A DNA stretch of 64,000 nt from Felis catus (lineage: Eukaryota), in the NCBI RefSeq assembly GCF_018350175.1, contig NC_058368.1, positions 199,828,001 to 199,892,000 of the forward strand. The letters run 5' to 3'. The position numbers and the translations under genes are program-made. Shown piece after piece: positions 36,046 to 50,854 of the stretch. Every line of letters begins with the position of its first letter. Position 1 is the first letter of the stretch. The notes below the pieces were generated by a model that had not been told where the DNA came from, made no database searches, and worked only from the letters and a program-made list of their open reading frames with translations.

Positions 36046-38175
36046 GTGAGTATCCAGTGGGGAAAAATGAGATATTTACTCTTATTGATGATCACTGTTC
36101 TCTCACTGAAGGCAAAAGTGAACACAGTGAAAAATGCAAATAATGTCTCAGTATTAGTATGAAAATAGTTTTGACCTACTGACTACCTCAAAAAGTCTGG
36201 AGACACCCAGGGGCCACATTCTGGGAATTGCTAAGAGATGGAGCGAGGCTTCTCCACTCTTTTCTTTCCAACCCTTGGCTGGGGGTTTTCGGAGAGGAGG
36301 CTCAGATGAATTTTCACCAGTGTTCTCTCTGAACTCTTTTTATCTTCAAATCCAGCTCTTTGCTTATTTCATTCCCCATGTACAATCACCTAAACCAGAA
36401 ACCTCTGCTTTCCACACTCAGGGCTACCACCATACCATGTCAATTTTGTCTTTACACTTAACATGGTTATCTATCCATCCCTACTTTCTGTTCCATTGCT
36501 ACACTCATTAGTGCAAGTCCATTTGATCTCTCCCCACAATGGCAGTCTCTTATGCAATCTCTCTATGCTTCCTCTTCTCCTGTCTCCACTCCACTCTATG
36601 CTATTATCATGATTCTCGTTCTAAAACACAGGATTTGTTGAAAATCTTTGGAAGTCTACAGGATGAAGTTCAAGCACCTTAGTGTTTAAGCTCTCAGTTG
36701 AACCTCAACCTGCCTCCGCTGTCTCTCTTACCAAAACTCTTTTGTATCTATTTTGGTATGATTTGACTTTAGTTATGTGGATACTCCACTTTCTCACTTA
36801 AATCCTAGATCTCTGAAGTCTTATATGTTTATATCATGTCTAGTCCTGTACATGACAAATAGTTCCTAAAAATAATTGCTAAATTGAAATGAATTTCTGA
36901 AGAGTTCCACCTTCTTCCACCTAGACCTGAAAAGGGTAGGAAATGTGAAATTCTATGTAACTCCTGGAAAATTTGAAATGAGGTAACCAGTGACTCCTCA
37001 AATGTTACCCAGTAAATCTATAAGACTGAGTAAACTTGAGAATCCATTGAATTTGACTCACCTACATGTTTCCAGGCACTTGTTGAGTTGTATGATGTCC
37101 CAAAATAAGAGAGGCATTTCTAACTTAAATACAAAACAAATAAACAAAACTAAAATAATTCTATGTTCCTCAGGCCCTGGACCCATCAATTCATCTAGGC
37201 ATTTTATTCATACTTTTATTCTAGCATTACTAAAATTGACTGTCCTTATTTACTTTCATGTGTGTAGCAGACATGCAAAATTAATCTGCCAGCTCTTCCC
37301 ACAGGTTGTTCTCAGAGTTTGCCATGATCTCCCTCTAGAAGTCATCCTGCCTCCTAGTGATATGGAGAGACACCTGACCCAAACTGGATTGATTAGATTT
37401 TCTGCTAGACAGTGATATTCAGCATACAGAGATTTTAGAGAGTCTTTGCTGACCACAGGGACTAGGAATTCATGTTCACTTGGGGCAGCCATTTTTTAAA
37501 TGATCATAGAAAAAGCCAATTAGCGGGTATTCATAGAAAACAGAAAGGAGAGACCAAGACACTGAGGCATGCATGAATTACAGAGAGGGAGAGAGAGAAA
37601 GAGAGAGGGAAGTTACTTTAGTTCTTTTTCTCATTCTATTTTCTGTTTCCAGTCATTTGGGAGCTCTGGCTGCCCTTTCCGTGAAATTCCCTGGTATCTT
37701 CCTAATATTTTCTCTTTATTTTTCCTATTGGACATCTTTGAGGACAGTGACCATGTCTCATTAACCTTACTCATAGTCCCCAAAACAGGACCTGACACAG
37801 AGTTGGTGTTCAGTAAATGTTTCTTCCACTAATGAATAAACACATTTGTTCAACTAACATCTGACTCACGTATTAAGATGAACCAGAGAAAAGAAGAAGT
37901 TAGGAAGTTTATCCCTAAGAATATGGAAAAGTCCAGTGAAGGGAAAACATTGTTCCCCTGTACTTCAGGGATTTTTTTGTGGTTTGTTTGTTTGTTTGTT
38001 TGTTTTATTAAAAAATGTGTCATATGATGGCTTAGACTAGCTATATGGCTATTCTTTGCTGTCTCTGGAAAACTTGGATGTTTCAGTTAGACATCAGTTA
38101 TTTTTCAAGCCGGAAAAATCAATCTTACTTTAACTAGCCTAAGGTAAATTATTGAAAGGATATGAGGAAATTTCA

Positions 38176-38334
38176 AAGACAGAGAGAGAGAGAGAGAAAG
38201 AGAGAGTCCCAAGCAGGCTCCATGCTGTGAGTGCAGAGCCTGATGTGGGGCTTGAACTCACAGACTGTGAGATAATGATTTGAGCTGAAACCAAGAGTTG
38301 GACACTTAACTGACTGAGCCACCCAGGTGCCCCT
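38176..38334 (-). mobile_element. SINEC SINE lacking its tail
   Basis: Head and (CT)n present; no A tail. Confidence 0.85.
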
Positions 38335-40645
38335 GAAGTAATCTTGATTGTACCATTTAGATTGGAGTCTATGCTTTTAGATGGAACTATTTCAAATGTT
38401 TAATATCAAAAAGTTAAACAGAGCTAATTTTGCCATTAGAATTTACTTGACTGGTAGGCCATTGGGCTTTGTTTATACATCAAAAGAATGAAATCAGTGA
38501 AGATGGGAGAGCCTCAAAGATTTGGAACTTGTTTTGCCAGGAAACTCAGTCTTAATCGTTAAATCTCTTCTGCTTCTACATTCTCTATTATGCTATATGA
38601 GAAAGCAAAACTTCTATTCTTGGCTCACAAACTTTGGTCTAGCTTGTGGTCTTCTAGTATTTCTTTAAGCTTCCTGCATAATTCTCCTCTGGACTTCTTA
38701 CCTCTCTTTCCCTCTTACATTTTTATCATTTCTAACATGATCCTTTTCTTGGATTAAGATGAAAATCTTGCAAAAATGTCACTTTTTTCATTTATTCATT
38801 TACTTAACATATATTTACTTAGTACCTACCATGTGCAAAGTAATAGTCCAAGCACTGTGACAGGAACCAATGTTACCTGGCTGTCCTCAATAAGCTTGAA
38901 ATCTCATTACCAAATATTATCTCCAGAGTCTTGCTATAGATGAAATCCTATGAGGTGTATGAGCAGAGAATATGGAAACTTGGTGTGATTTATGCCATTT
39001 AGTGGAATGAAAGAATATTTAGGCACATTTTCTTTAGATTCGACATGAACTTTTATAAAAGTCGTTATATGGAAAGTGGCTTCTTCCATCAAAAGTCTCT
39101 AGATCTACAGGCAAATGAAGATGTCTCAAGACTTAAATTTGAGGAGGGGGGCTAACATTTTTAAAGCCTATAAAACCATACATTTTCACATGTTACAGTA
39201 TGATAATGTAGTTAGTTTTCTTGTTAGAGTTGCACCCCATGACATGTATGTAGAGGTAGTGACTTTCACACATTTATAAACTGAAACTCATCAGCCTTGC
39301 CAGTTTCTGAGTGCAGATGAGATCCCATTCATGCAAATGTCTAAATGTCTTCCTCTCACTGTTCCCCCTTATATATGTAGGGCCCTTAACCCATGAACTA
39401 TTCTTTGTGTCCATGGGTCATGACATATACATGTGCACTGGGAGATCAGGGTTAATTGCTGTTGGTCCCTGCTGCTTGAGGTCCGTGCCCTCCCTCACCA
39501 CTAAATGGGCATAGATCCTTTTCCATTTTAACAACTTGTGATGACTTAATGGTTTCAGATTTCCTTGGAACTCTGCTTTAAAATGAGGAGGCTGCTACCT
39601 CCTTTTAGACTGATATTCTCTTAGAGGGAATCCCCAGAAAGCTTGCCTATGGCCCAGTGCATTACATGATCCAGTCAGATTCACCTGCAGCCATTTTTCC
39701 CTCCCCAGTGCTCACAGGATGCATAACTGTGTCCAGGGTAATTTAATCACAAAATGTTAAACCAAGTTACCACATTAAATCCAGAAATACTATTTCCTTT
39801 TGACCTTTGGCTCTGTTTTTGAGTCTGGCTCAGAATTTTTTCCACCATATTTCCTTGCAAGTTGGCTTCTGTTCTTTTCCATTCTCCACTTTCTCCTTCT
39901 CTAGCTACCTAATTCCACATGACACATATGACTAAATCTCAGCTCCAGCCCTAGCACAAACTTCTTCCATACATCTATGTAAACATTTTTAAGTATAAGA
40001 TTTTAGAAGGGATTATAATTTTGTTTTCTTTAACAGCTACACTGAGATATAACTAACATACAGTAAACTGTACATCTTTAAGTTGTTCAATTTGATAAGT
40101 CTTAGCATTACACATTTATATTTTTAATGCACTTTTAAATAATATTAGAAGATTTTTGAAAATATGTTGTGTATGGGTATGTGTGTGTGTATTCACACAT
40201 GCATGAATATTTGTATGTCCTCCAACTAGAGGGCCCAGAGGAGGCACTCATAGAAGGCAAGCTAACTTAATATCCCAGACAGAGACTGGAGGGCTAGTCT
40301 GGCAGACCCATACATCTATTTGACCTATGAGACATCCATGGAAGGAATTACCCCTAGGAGACAGTAAGGTGTAAAACATTAACCCAAGAAACAAGAGGTT
40401 TTCAAGGGGCAAGGTTAATTTGAGTAAAGCAAGGTATCAGTTCTAAATCATGGAGGGCAGTGTGGATAGTAAAAGGATTATAAAACAAAGTGGTAAACAT
40501 GGTTCTATCATCCCACTGATAGAGTAAAAGATAGTGCTATATTTTGGGCTAAGTTATGACATAAATGGAGTGGTAAATATTCTTCTCATTTAAATTGAAA
40601 CATTACTGGATCATGAACCGGAAGAGGGACTGACTACAAGTCACT

Positions 40646-41172
40646 GAAAGGGTTCCAAGTACACCACCCCAAAATACGCTACTTTGATATAAGGATCATT
40701 TTGAGCTAAAGGCCATAGAGAATAAGCAGACACAAGAAAGTCTCTCTAGTTTTTCCTTTCTACCAGGAAAGGCAGGACAATTCTTAATCACCAGAGACAA
40801 CTCTAGACTCCTATCAGCCTGGAGAGGGCACCAGAGAAATCTATATAACCGACCTTATTCATTAGCCCTTAACTTTTATGAGTTTCTCCATATATTTACC
40901 TTTCCATTATTTGTCCCCTGCTACAAGCCCAAACCACTTTTCGTCTATCTTGTCATTTGTCTACAAAATTGTTGTTTTTTGTTAAGGTGCTACATAATCC
41001 CCAAATTCTAACCAGCCCTTTGAGTTACCATAATGAGTTTCCCATGTGTACATCGATATACGTGTTAATAAACTTGTTTTTCTTGGTAATCTGTTCTTTG
41101 CCCCTCTAACTCATGGGGCCCTAGTCATAACACCTAGGAGAGTAGAGGGAAAAAGTTTTTTCCTCCCCCAAA
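40646..41172 (+). mobile_element. MER34/MER39-like ERV1 solo LTR
   Basis: tgaaagggttcca...accccaaaatacgctactttg...ttttgagctaaagg start, internal aataaa, and gaaaaagttttttcctcccc end. Confidence 0.7.
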
Positions 41173-42589
41173 CCACCAAACCTGTTCAGGTGATCAACAA
41201 GAGAAGACAACAATGATAGGGGCGCCATGTCATGCAGTCTGGGTTGAAAGTTGGGACCACCATGGTAGTTAGAGCAATCAAAGAAATGACATGAGGACAG
41301 TGTTGCTGCTAATTGATATCTGTGAGATACACATTCTGGTAATCCACAGAAGATCAGGAAGAAATATTTGGCCCAGAGTTCCTATACATCTCCAAGTAGC
41401 ACTTGAGTCAGAGAAATCTTACTGTAATACTATAAGCTAACTACTGCATGCTTCAAGCTGAGAATCCAAGATATACACACATCTTCTTGGTATGTTATAC
41501 ATTATTGTGTATAAGTTGCCTTTTATTTTTATTGATAGTATATTTCCATCCCTACCTCCGAAATTAAGGTTACCTTATATGTTCCTCTTATTGGTTCTCC
41601 ATATTTGTAGCAAAGCAGCAGAACTTCCTGTATTTATCATCTTTGGGTTGGAGGCTGCAGAGATGAATTGGTGGATGAAGAAGAAGATAAGTGACAAACA
41701 CCAGAGCTGATAAGAAAAGCTTAGGTCAACCAGTTCTGGAGTCACTTGTCTATACATTAATATATAACTTAATTGGAACCAAAATAAAACCCAGCTATTG
41801 CCATTTTACATGGTTACAATAAGGATGCATGTTCTATAAACTGTGGCAAAAAGAAAATGTGCAAATTTTTTACTAAAAAATAATCATATTTGTTATTGCC
41901 AACCACAGTGAGAATTACAATGAACCATTTAAGATAGTTTAAATAAGTTACTTGGAACTTAAAGGAAAAGCCCTAAATTGTTGCCCTAAATTATGACAAA
42001 TTACAAATCTATATATATCAAAAAGACTACTCAGGATAGGGAGCTGAGAAGAAGGTAGTAAGATAACAATTTACTATCTAGCAAGTGCCAAGAACGCTAC
42101 GAGTATTATTATTTCACACTTGTTTTATTTTGACTTCTCATCACAATTTATGGGCTGGTATTACGTTCTCAACTGGGTGCGTGAAGAAGCTCACTTTTAG
42201 AAAGCCAAGGTCAGGACACTTGTCCAAGCAAGTGCAGCTAGCAATGGCAGAGTGGGCATGTGGGCCCAAGTCTCCTTGACTCCAAGGTTCATTCTTTTTT
42301 CCACCACATTATGTGGCCAAATTATACTTTGAGATACAGACTTTCAGATCACACTCTTCAAAGCTGCTTTTTGTATGGAAAAGAATCACATACGTTTATT
42401 AGGTTGTTTATATAGTCTATAAAATTTGAGTGCGTTCATTCAGTACTAGGCATGATTCTCTTTCAAGGCCATATTGTCTCATAGGAAATACAAAATGAAA
42501 ACAGCCAACTATAATATAATCACAATCCCTTCCTGCCCACCACACATGTAAGTTTCAAAGACAAGGAAAACTAACTAGTAAATATATCA

Positions 42590-43160
42590 TTATCACAAAA
42601 TATATCCATACAATGGAATTCTCTTCAGCAATAAAAAGGAATGCACTGATATATAAGCAACATATAACTGGCAAACATGCTGAATGAGAAAAAGCAGATA
42701 CTTTATGAATCCTTTGATACGACCTTCTGGAAAAAGCAAAACTAAAGGGACAGGAATCAGATATGTTGAGGAGGCTGGGGATGATGAGAGGAAAAGTGAC
42801 TATAAGGGGCATGAGGAAATATTTAGGGTGATAGAAATATTTTATATCTTTTTAAAATTTTTTTAATGTTTATTTTTTTTTGACGAGGGATACAGAGAGA
42901 GGGAGACACAGCACCCCAAGCAGGCTCCAGGCTCTGAGCTGTCAGCACTGAGCCTGATGCAGGGCTTGAACTCATGAGCCATGAGATCATGACCTGAACT
43001 GAAGTTGGACACTTAACCAACTGAGCCACCCAGGCACCCCAGAAATATTTTATATCTTGATTGTGGTGGTGGTTACCTGACTTTGTTCATTGTTCACAAC
43101 CTGTAGCACTATTTACTTGAAATGGATAAACTGATGCATGTAAATTATATCTCAATCATC
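42590..43160 (+). mobile_element. Old L1 (L1MC/ME-like) 3' end containing a minus-strand SINEC at about 42853-43040
   Basis: tatatccatacaatggaat...cagcaataaaaaggaatg; SINE flanked by agaaatatttt(t)atatctt repeats. Confidence 0.8.
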
Positions 43161-45681
43161 ACGACTTAAAGACCTTTAAAATCCAAATTAGAGAGAGACT
43201 ATAAGTTTTTAGAAAGGGAGACAGATGGGGTGAAGTCTGGGCTACAGAAATGCCACCTGAGGAAGGAGCCTTGGGGGAAGTGAACTTAGGATGTGAATTA
43301 AGGAAACGAAATGCCAATGTTTATGCCACAATGTCTAGGAAAGGAAAGAAGAGAGACTAATCCTTCATATTTAATTACATTTTTAAAAGGCATTTTCAGT
43401 GTAAGCACATTTGCCTGCCTTGACTAAAAATTGATTGAAGAGAATGGATGTTTCCTTTTATAGTCAGTGGAAATAATGCTTAACCGTAATGCAAATGCCT
43501 CATTGGAGAGCTAGGTAGTCCTAGGATGTCTGAGCAGTCTCTCTTCCTCTATTATTTCTGTCAGTTCAAGGCTGCCTCCCTGATAATGCCATCAAATGCA
43601 ATTCAAGCAACATTTTGGGGAAAATCTTGCATTCATTTTCGTTTTTGTTTCAGCTAACTTCTGAACTCTGCAGTGAGAAAAGTTACTCTCTTCATGCTAA
43701 ATAGGTCCTGTCACATTCAAGCACAGGTTTACTGGGTACCTGTTGTGGCTCACTAGCACACAGAAAATAGGCAGAGCAACACAGAAGTATAATGCATCCT
43801 GCCCACAAGAAGCTGATGGGCCGCTTGCAGGGTCAGAGGTACTCACCCAATAAAGGGCCCCTGCTTCGACTTTGCTTGTGCAGGTCTGGAGGACCGATGG
43901 GAGAATTCACGGGGCATTATTTTGCATTCAGGTTTGAGGAGCAATGGCTAACTTTATAAATGAAGTTAGCCTAATGGAGGAGGTAGATAAAACAAGACCT
44001 GGCATCTCAAAGGAGGGCAACTTTGATTATGGAAAAGTGTCTCTCCTGGCTCCTGTTGGTGGGTTAAAATAAAAAGCGTGTTTTTGTTTGTTTGTTTTGC
44101 TTTGTTTTTATTTTGGGGGGCTTTTTTTAGGAGTGAGAGGACAAGGGTATCTGAGAGAAGGTATTCTCATCCCCATTTCAGAAGAGAAGACAGCAGAGCA
44201 CCTTTGTATTGAGGATGCCATCGGCAAAAGATGCCACCATCAAGAACTAGAGGAAGAAAATGGCAGACACCACTGGACAACCAGGAAGTTGTGCTCATGA
44301 GCATGAGACAGCCCCTTTGGGATTTCAGAAAGAATTGGAGGGGGACTATTTTTAAGGGCCTGGACTAGGTAGACTGCAGGTCAAAGAACAAAGGGTTCAA
44401 TTCATCGAAGGATATTTGTAACTGTTAATGTGAGCCCAGTTTTATCCTCAGAAGGGCCTGGAATAGGTATAGATGGGTAAATGTGTATGTATAAAATTAA
44501 AATGTCATTTAGTGTCATATGAACTGGGACAGACTATAAATTACTGTAGGAATTTAGAGAAAGGAGAAATCATAGTGTGGCATACAGTAGGACTTCCTTG
44601 GAAAAGAGAGACTGGAGCTTGAGAATAAACATATTTAATTCACAACTCTGCTGAAAACACTTGCCAAATAATTGTCAGAAAACAATTAGCCTCAGACTAA
44701 AAAGTATCTTTTGATATCTCTTCGAGAGAAGGGTGACTGCTTCTCAGTTTTCAGGTGTAAAATACACTCGCATACAGTAGATACTTAATACATGTCTGTT
44801 AATTTAACATTTTGATAAATGAATAAATATTAAATATTTTACATATTTTAAAAATTTTAAATATTTTAAAACAATGTACAGTTTTAGAATTCTAAATGTC
44901 AGATAAGTCTTACAAAGACAATGTACAGATTCATGATATATTGTGAGGAACATCTGTTAAATCATCTTTAAAAATATTTTAAAGTTTTCCCTTGCACTTT
45001 CATAGAATTTTGGAGTTGGAAAGGCTCTCAGAGATCTTTCCTGGTCTGACGTTCCATTCATATAAGAATAAGCTTGATAGTATTCACGTTGACTATATTT
45101 GAAATACCATTTGAGTGGACATTACAAATTTAATTACTTAATACCCAATCCCACCCCACTCATCTCTTGCTTCTGTTATAGAGGCTGGAAGTTAAATATT
45201 CTATTTCCCTTGCCATTAGGAATGGTCATGTAACACTGTTAGGATGGACAAGGTGTAAGCGGAAGTCTGCTGGGAATCTTTTGTAATTCTAATTTAAAAA
45301 ATTTTTTTTAAACAAAGACAGAATGGCCTTCTACCTAACTTCTTCCAGCTTAGGACACAGATATCATTCTGTAGGGGGCAACAGACTGGCTTGTGACCAA
45401 GGCCAGCAAAAAGGCCAAGAGAATCAGAATTTCCAAGAACTGACCATTATATCTAAGAAGTAAAATAAGTGGTAGTAATTTTTTTTTTTACCTATGGCAG
45501 TGCCATACATCAGCTAGTATGTTCTTTGTAAAACGCATTCTTTCATTTTATAAACTTTCCTAATTCTATCAAGAACCCACTTGTATTGTCAATATGAGAA
45601 AAGATTGTTAGATGCAAAATGCATTGTAGCTGTGTTGTATTTTATGTTTGCATTGCCATATGTTGTCTTGAGTTTTTAAAA

Positions 45682-45918
45682 AAAATTTTTTTACTGTTTG
45701 TTTTATTTTTCACAGAGAGAGAGAGAGAGAGACAGAGCACGAGCGGGGGAGGGGCAGAGAGGGAGGGAGACACAGAATCCGAAGCAGGCTCCAGGCTCCG
45801 AGCTCCGAGCTCTGAGCTCTCCGCACGGAGCCCGACGCGGGGCTGGAACTCACAGACTGCGAGATCATGACCTGAGCCAAAGTCGGACGCCCAACTGACT
45901 GAGCCACCCAGGCGCCCC
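45682..45918 (-). mobile_element. SINEC SINE with internal 7-mer slippage (gagctcc repeats)
   Basis: ggctccgagctccgagctctgagctc within an otherwise typical body. Confidence 0.92.
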
Positions 45919-47939
45919 AATTTTTAAAATAGTTTATCATATAGTAATGATCTTAATATCATAATATCCAATTTTATAGATTGGACTTTTTAAATTTTTG
46001 GATAAGTTAAAACATTCGTCTAAGGGTCCTGACAGTTGGTAGAAGGAAAATACATTGAGAGACATTAACTAGAGAGGCAATTTTAGATATTGAAATAATA
46101 TGGAGACAGAAAAATTAAATTAAGTATTGCACTGCACAAGAGTAGTAAGTTTATGCGAATCATTACTCTAAGATATAATTAATAGGTTAAAGGAGATTTA
46201 GATAAATGCACCAATGCTGTTGTTAATACAGAATTAATATCAGAATTTGAGATATAAGGGCATGCTTTCAAGCAATTAATGCCTCGCAGAACCCAGAGCA
46301 GGGTTTCCAGATGGAATAGTGAAAACCTCACTCTTGGAAGAGTCTGAGATAGGCTGGATCATACTATCAAGGATGTAAAGAAATATCCAGTACTGGATGA
46401 TTTTTAAATTTTTTCCAAATATATGAGTCTATTATTACTAGTGATCATACTATATCTTCATGGTTTTCCTCCCAGAGAGATGTAATAGCTGTGTAAGTAA
46501 AACTTTACTCAGTTTAACAATTCTTGCATTCAGTCAATAATAAAGAAGTACCTACTATGTGTTAGGTACTACAAAGATAGATGTGTGCTCTCCCGCACCT
46601 GTGTTTTCATGTCTCTTACCATGACCTCCTCTGAAGTCTTTGCTGTTGGGGGGAATGACTTTGAAGCCAGATAGAGCTTGGTTCCTATGTCAGCATTACC
46701 ACTTGCTAGCTTTATAACCTTGAAGTAGCCCCTGAACTCCTTTGAGTCTCAGTTATAGCACCTGTAAAACAAAAACAATAATAGTATCACCACAGTGTTA
46801 TTGATAAGATTAAACAACATGTTAGGAAATTGCCTGGCACGTGGAATGTAGACAATAAATCTTCCTTTTTTTTTCCCTCTTGTAGAAAATTGGGAGACTT
46901 AACCCAGCCGCATCAGTTCCATTCAAAAGTACCTGCTTCACATGTGCCAATTCTTATAGCTCTTGTAGAATACAAATGACTCTTCATTTAAACATACAAT
47001 CTTCATTTATGAAGATATGGCCCATCCTAGAAGGTGAACAACTGCTGTGATGTGAAATAACACACTAATTGGAATCTTTGCAGAATTACCCACATTATAA
47101 TGATGAGGTATGCCGAATGGGCAGGAATGAAAGACGGGTTTGAAAAGTGTATGAAAAGGAATAGCAGATGGTACTTGGGTGCTAATAGAATAGAAAAGTC
47201 TGAAAGTAAAGGAAGGAAGAAAATAGAAAATGAGAAACTAGGCATGTGAAACTAAAGAGCCCTGGGCATTTCATCAAGGACGGTTAGAGTCTCTGGCATG
47301 GCTAACTTCCAGCTCCACTAATTACAGTCTGATGACCAATTCTGGATACTATTCTTTATTTACCAGGTTGAGGCATTTCCACTCTTGCCTTTGGAATGCC
47401 ATTCGGGATTGTGGTATCTAAGTGAATTCATGCCACACATGCTCGGTTGAAAGATACTACAAAAACAAAAAAATAGCTGAGCAAAGTGGAAGTTAAAGAC
47501 CAAACCTGCCGATGTTTCAATGATGCTTTTATTAATTCAAGCCAGTTCTTGCCAGTCAACTTACTAAATGGAGCACTGGCACATGACCAAACTGCATTCA
47601 TCTGTGAAGTGGCTGGCAGCCTGGGTGCCTACAGACAATGGTGCTTGCCCTATTATTCCTGCCATAAGGGAGCAATTGGGCCATTGTAACTGGAATTTGT
47701 GCAGGTCAGGGACCCTATACACTGATTTAAGACTCAACTCTCAGAGTGGGATGACTCCATGATTCTGCTCTAATCCACACAGAAGTTTCATTTCAGCCAC
47801 CAGTGAGTCCTTAAAAACCTGCAAGACATCAAAGTCAACTCAAGTATAAATTTGGATTTCTGTATACTTAGAAGAATTCCAGGGGTCTCCTTCTTTCTTA
47901 CAAGATAAGAATCTTCCCAAGTCTGGAATTGCACACACC

Positions 47940-48170
47940 TTTTTTTTAAATTTTTTTTTTTTGAGGGAGGGAGAGAGAGAGAAAGACAGACAGACAGACA
48001 GATGGAATGTGAGCAGGGGAGGGGCAGAAGGAGAGGAGACACAGGATCTGAAGCAGGCTCCAAACTCTGAACTGTCAGCACAGAGCCCGACTCTGGGCTT
48101 GAACTCATGAACTGCAAGATCATGATCTGAGCCGAAGTCAGACTCTTAACCAACTGGGTCAATTCCAGCA
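47940..48170 (-). mobile_element. SINEC SINE (degraded head)
   Basis: Poly-T, (GA)n/(GACA)n and SINEC body. Confidence 0.85.
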
Positions 48171-50420
48171 CAACTGGTATTACACACATCTTAAAGTTCA
48201 TTCAGTTTGACAGTAATAAAGCTACCTCCAGCTCTCTTATGGTAACTGCATGGTATATCTTTTTTTCCATCATTTTCCTTTCAACTTATTTGTGCCTTTG
48301 AAGCTAAAGTCTGTCTCTTTTAGAGGGCATATAAATGGACCTTGTTTATCTGCCTGAATCTCTGCTTTTTGATTTGAGAGTTTAGACCATTCACCTGTAA
48401 CATAATTACTGATACGGTTGGAGTTACGTTTGTCATATTGCTATGTGTTTCTATACGTCTCCTGTTTTCTTACTTCTTCTGTTTTCCCTTTGCTGAATTC
48501 ATTTTGTTAATGCTTATAATGTAATGATTACAAGTCTTATTTTTGGCAAAAATTCTTTCTTTTTCAAGACTGTTAATAAAATAACCCAGTTGATTTTGCA
48601 TAATCAATAGGGCCACACTTGCTTTTATTCTTAGTGACGCTATCTTTCCCATCTTTCCTCATCCACTCCTTGCTGTCTGGCCCATCCCACCCCTGCTTGA
48701 AGAAGTAGGTAAAAAAAGTAAGTATTTGACATCTGGACAATGGAGAATTCTAGTTCACATGTATATGTGTGTATAATGGTTATTAACATAGAGAGAATGT
48801 GGGAGGGGATAATTTTTCTTATTGTCAGCTCCAGAGTAAGGGGAGGAATTTGATAGATATCACTATTTTAATACTAAAGAAAAATTAAAAATATAATGTC
48901 ACATTTTTAGAAGGTACAGGGTACCATGTTCTCTGTGATTTGAAGTATGTCAAAATAGAAATGTGTAAAAAAATAAGCATGTATGCCCAGAAAAAGGACA
49001 ATTTGAAGTTAGTAATTTCTGGTGCCAATGTTATGATTGTTTTTAAATTATTTCTGTTTTGCAAATTTTCTACAATGTGTATATATTACCTTTTACTCTA
49101 ATTTTTTCCTGATTTAAAAATTGATACTCATGTATTTAAAAACAATTCAAATAATATAACTATTCCAAAGAACAAAATAGAAGTCACCTCCAGTCCTCCT
49201 TGATCACTTCTATTTGGTGAACTCTTCGTGACATCTGCTTGTGGATGATCAAATGAATTTTACAAAAGTAAAAAAAGACACCACAAAGGATAGGAAAGTG
49301 AAAATTGTGCCTATGCTCTATACCTGAAAATAAAAAATTCCATTGTATGCCATTTATTTTATAGTGAATATATCCAGATTTTTTTCTAGTAACTTCACCG
49401 TGTATTCTCATCCTGGGTAAAGGGTAAGTGGGAGAAACACTACTTATCTCACAATAGAGAGAAAAGACAGGGCATTGGAGACTGTGCTGACACAAATTAG
49501 TACAGGACCTTGTAAACAGCCTCTTTGTAACTCAGTCGGTTTCTTCTGTAAAAATACCTCCTCAGTCTTCCTGCAGCATGGTTTGAGGATGAACCCTTTT
49601 ACAAGATGAACATGTGTGACTGCTACTAACACTCCTTCCTACATGTTTCTTCTAGCCCTTATATATTAAGTAATTTTATTACTTATTACTTATTAAATAA
49701 ATAACTTTTTTCACTTCTTAGTATTTTTTTCTCACTATGTGGTCCAATATGTTGTTATACAACAGGTAATTCATTATTAAAACATCTCATCAGAAGAAGA
49801 TATACAGTAATATGGATTCTGTGGTTTTTGTGTCAAGTTTGCAAAAGACTAATCACATTGCTATACTCTGCACAGGAAACACCACAGACACACTTAATTT
49901 GTTTTTGTTTTTCTTTTTAGACCATCAAAGTGAAAAACTGCGAAGGAGCTAAAAAAAAAAAAAGTTGGAGCTCTGGAAAAAATACTAATCTTGGATAAAA
50001 CTAATGTACTTAAAATTACAACAATCACATTCTTCTTTGAGTCATTTTTTAAAAAGTTAATAGACAAGACAGGATGCTCCTTTACCTTGACGTAAGATAC
50101 ACAGCTGATGCACAGGATAAGATAAGAATTAGACCAAAATACCAAACCTCTGACCTCAAATCAGTGTACAGGATACACCATATGTTGGATATTCAAAATA
50201 CTCCTTTACTCTCTCAGCTATTTCTAATTATATCAGGTTAATGACTGTTACCTGAAAAAAAAAAAAACGGGTTTAAGTTAGGCACCTACAAAATTATTAG
50301 TGTCAACAAAGGTTGTGCTTTTTTGTTCTTGAAGGTGATTAAAACATTTTCTTCTAATGAGTTTGTCCAATAAAAGTCTTGCAGAAATGCATACACCCTT
50401 AAGCTATTCATTTTAATAAG

Positions 50421-50531
50421 TTTATTCTGAGGTAAGTAAAAAAACAAGCAATGCAATATACGTTATGTTAGGTGATGCAAAAACTTTATTGGAGTGATAT
50501 GATACATGTTTCAGGGCAGTAATTATATACA
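50421..50531 (-). terminator. Candidate distal polyadenylation signal of ITGA1
   Basis: AATAAA at 50490-50485, upstream TGTATATA at 50531-50524, downstream tgcttgttttttt, and a second AATAAA at 50426-50421. Confidence 0.6.
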
Positions 50532-50854
50532 GCATTTTTCTTTTTAATCAAATGTTTACGATTCTTCACACTGTCTGTTAACAATTTTAAAACCTCACAG
50601 TAGTAAAATACAGTACACCATTCTCTTCACAGGCCAATGTTTCCTAATGAAGAACACAGAGAGACAGCTGTTGCATCCTGAAATAAGGCCAGGAGGGGTC
50701 AGAATTAAATGCTAAGTATCAGGATGTCCTGTGTGAAATGATTCTGGTATGAAGAAGATATGATGTGCTGCTGCTTCAAATGATTGTTTTTACTTGAGAC
50801 AGTGTATCAAACTTGGAAATTCGCCCCAGCTAAAAGACAAGTAAGAATATACTT

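Larger units (their letters stand above)
32500..36232 (+). mobile_element. Charlie1-type hAT DNA transposon, fragmented by nested insertions
   Basis: One end cagggctttttgaactctttagtctcagg...actactgag resumes at about 33900 (aaattattgaggatcccaaagaacttttgtttatgtgg); the other end gggccacattctgggaattgct is near 36232. Orientation uncertain. Confidence 0.75.

Noticed and set aside
35871..36162. Arg/Glu-rich and Leu/Pro/Ser-rich ORFs
   Set aside because: Translations of the CT-rich low-complexity tract.
30830..50420. PELO or an ITGA2 antisense lncRNA in the intergenic interval
   Set aside because: PELO lies in ITGA1 intron 1, outside this window, and no PELO-like ORF is present. An antisense lncRNA cannot be supported from sequence alone.
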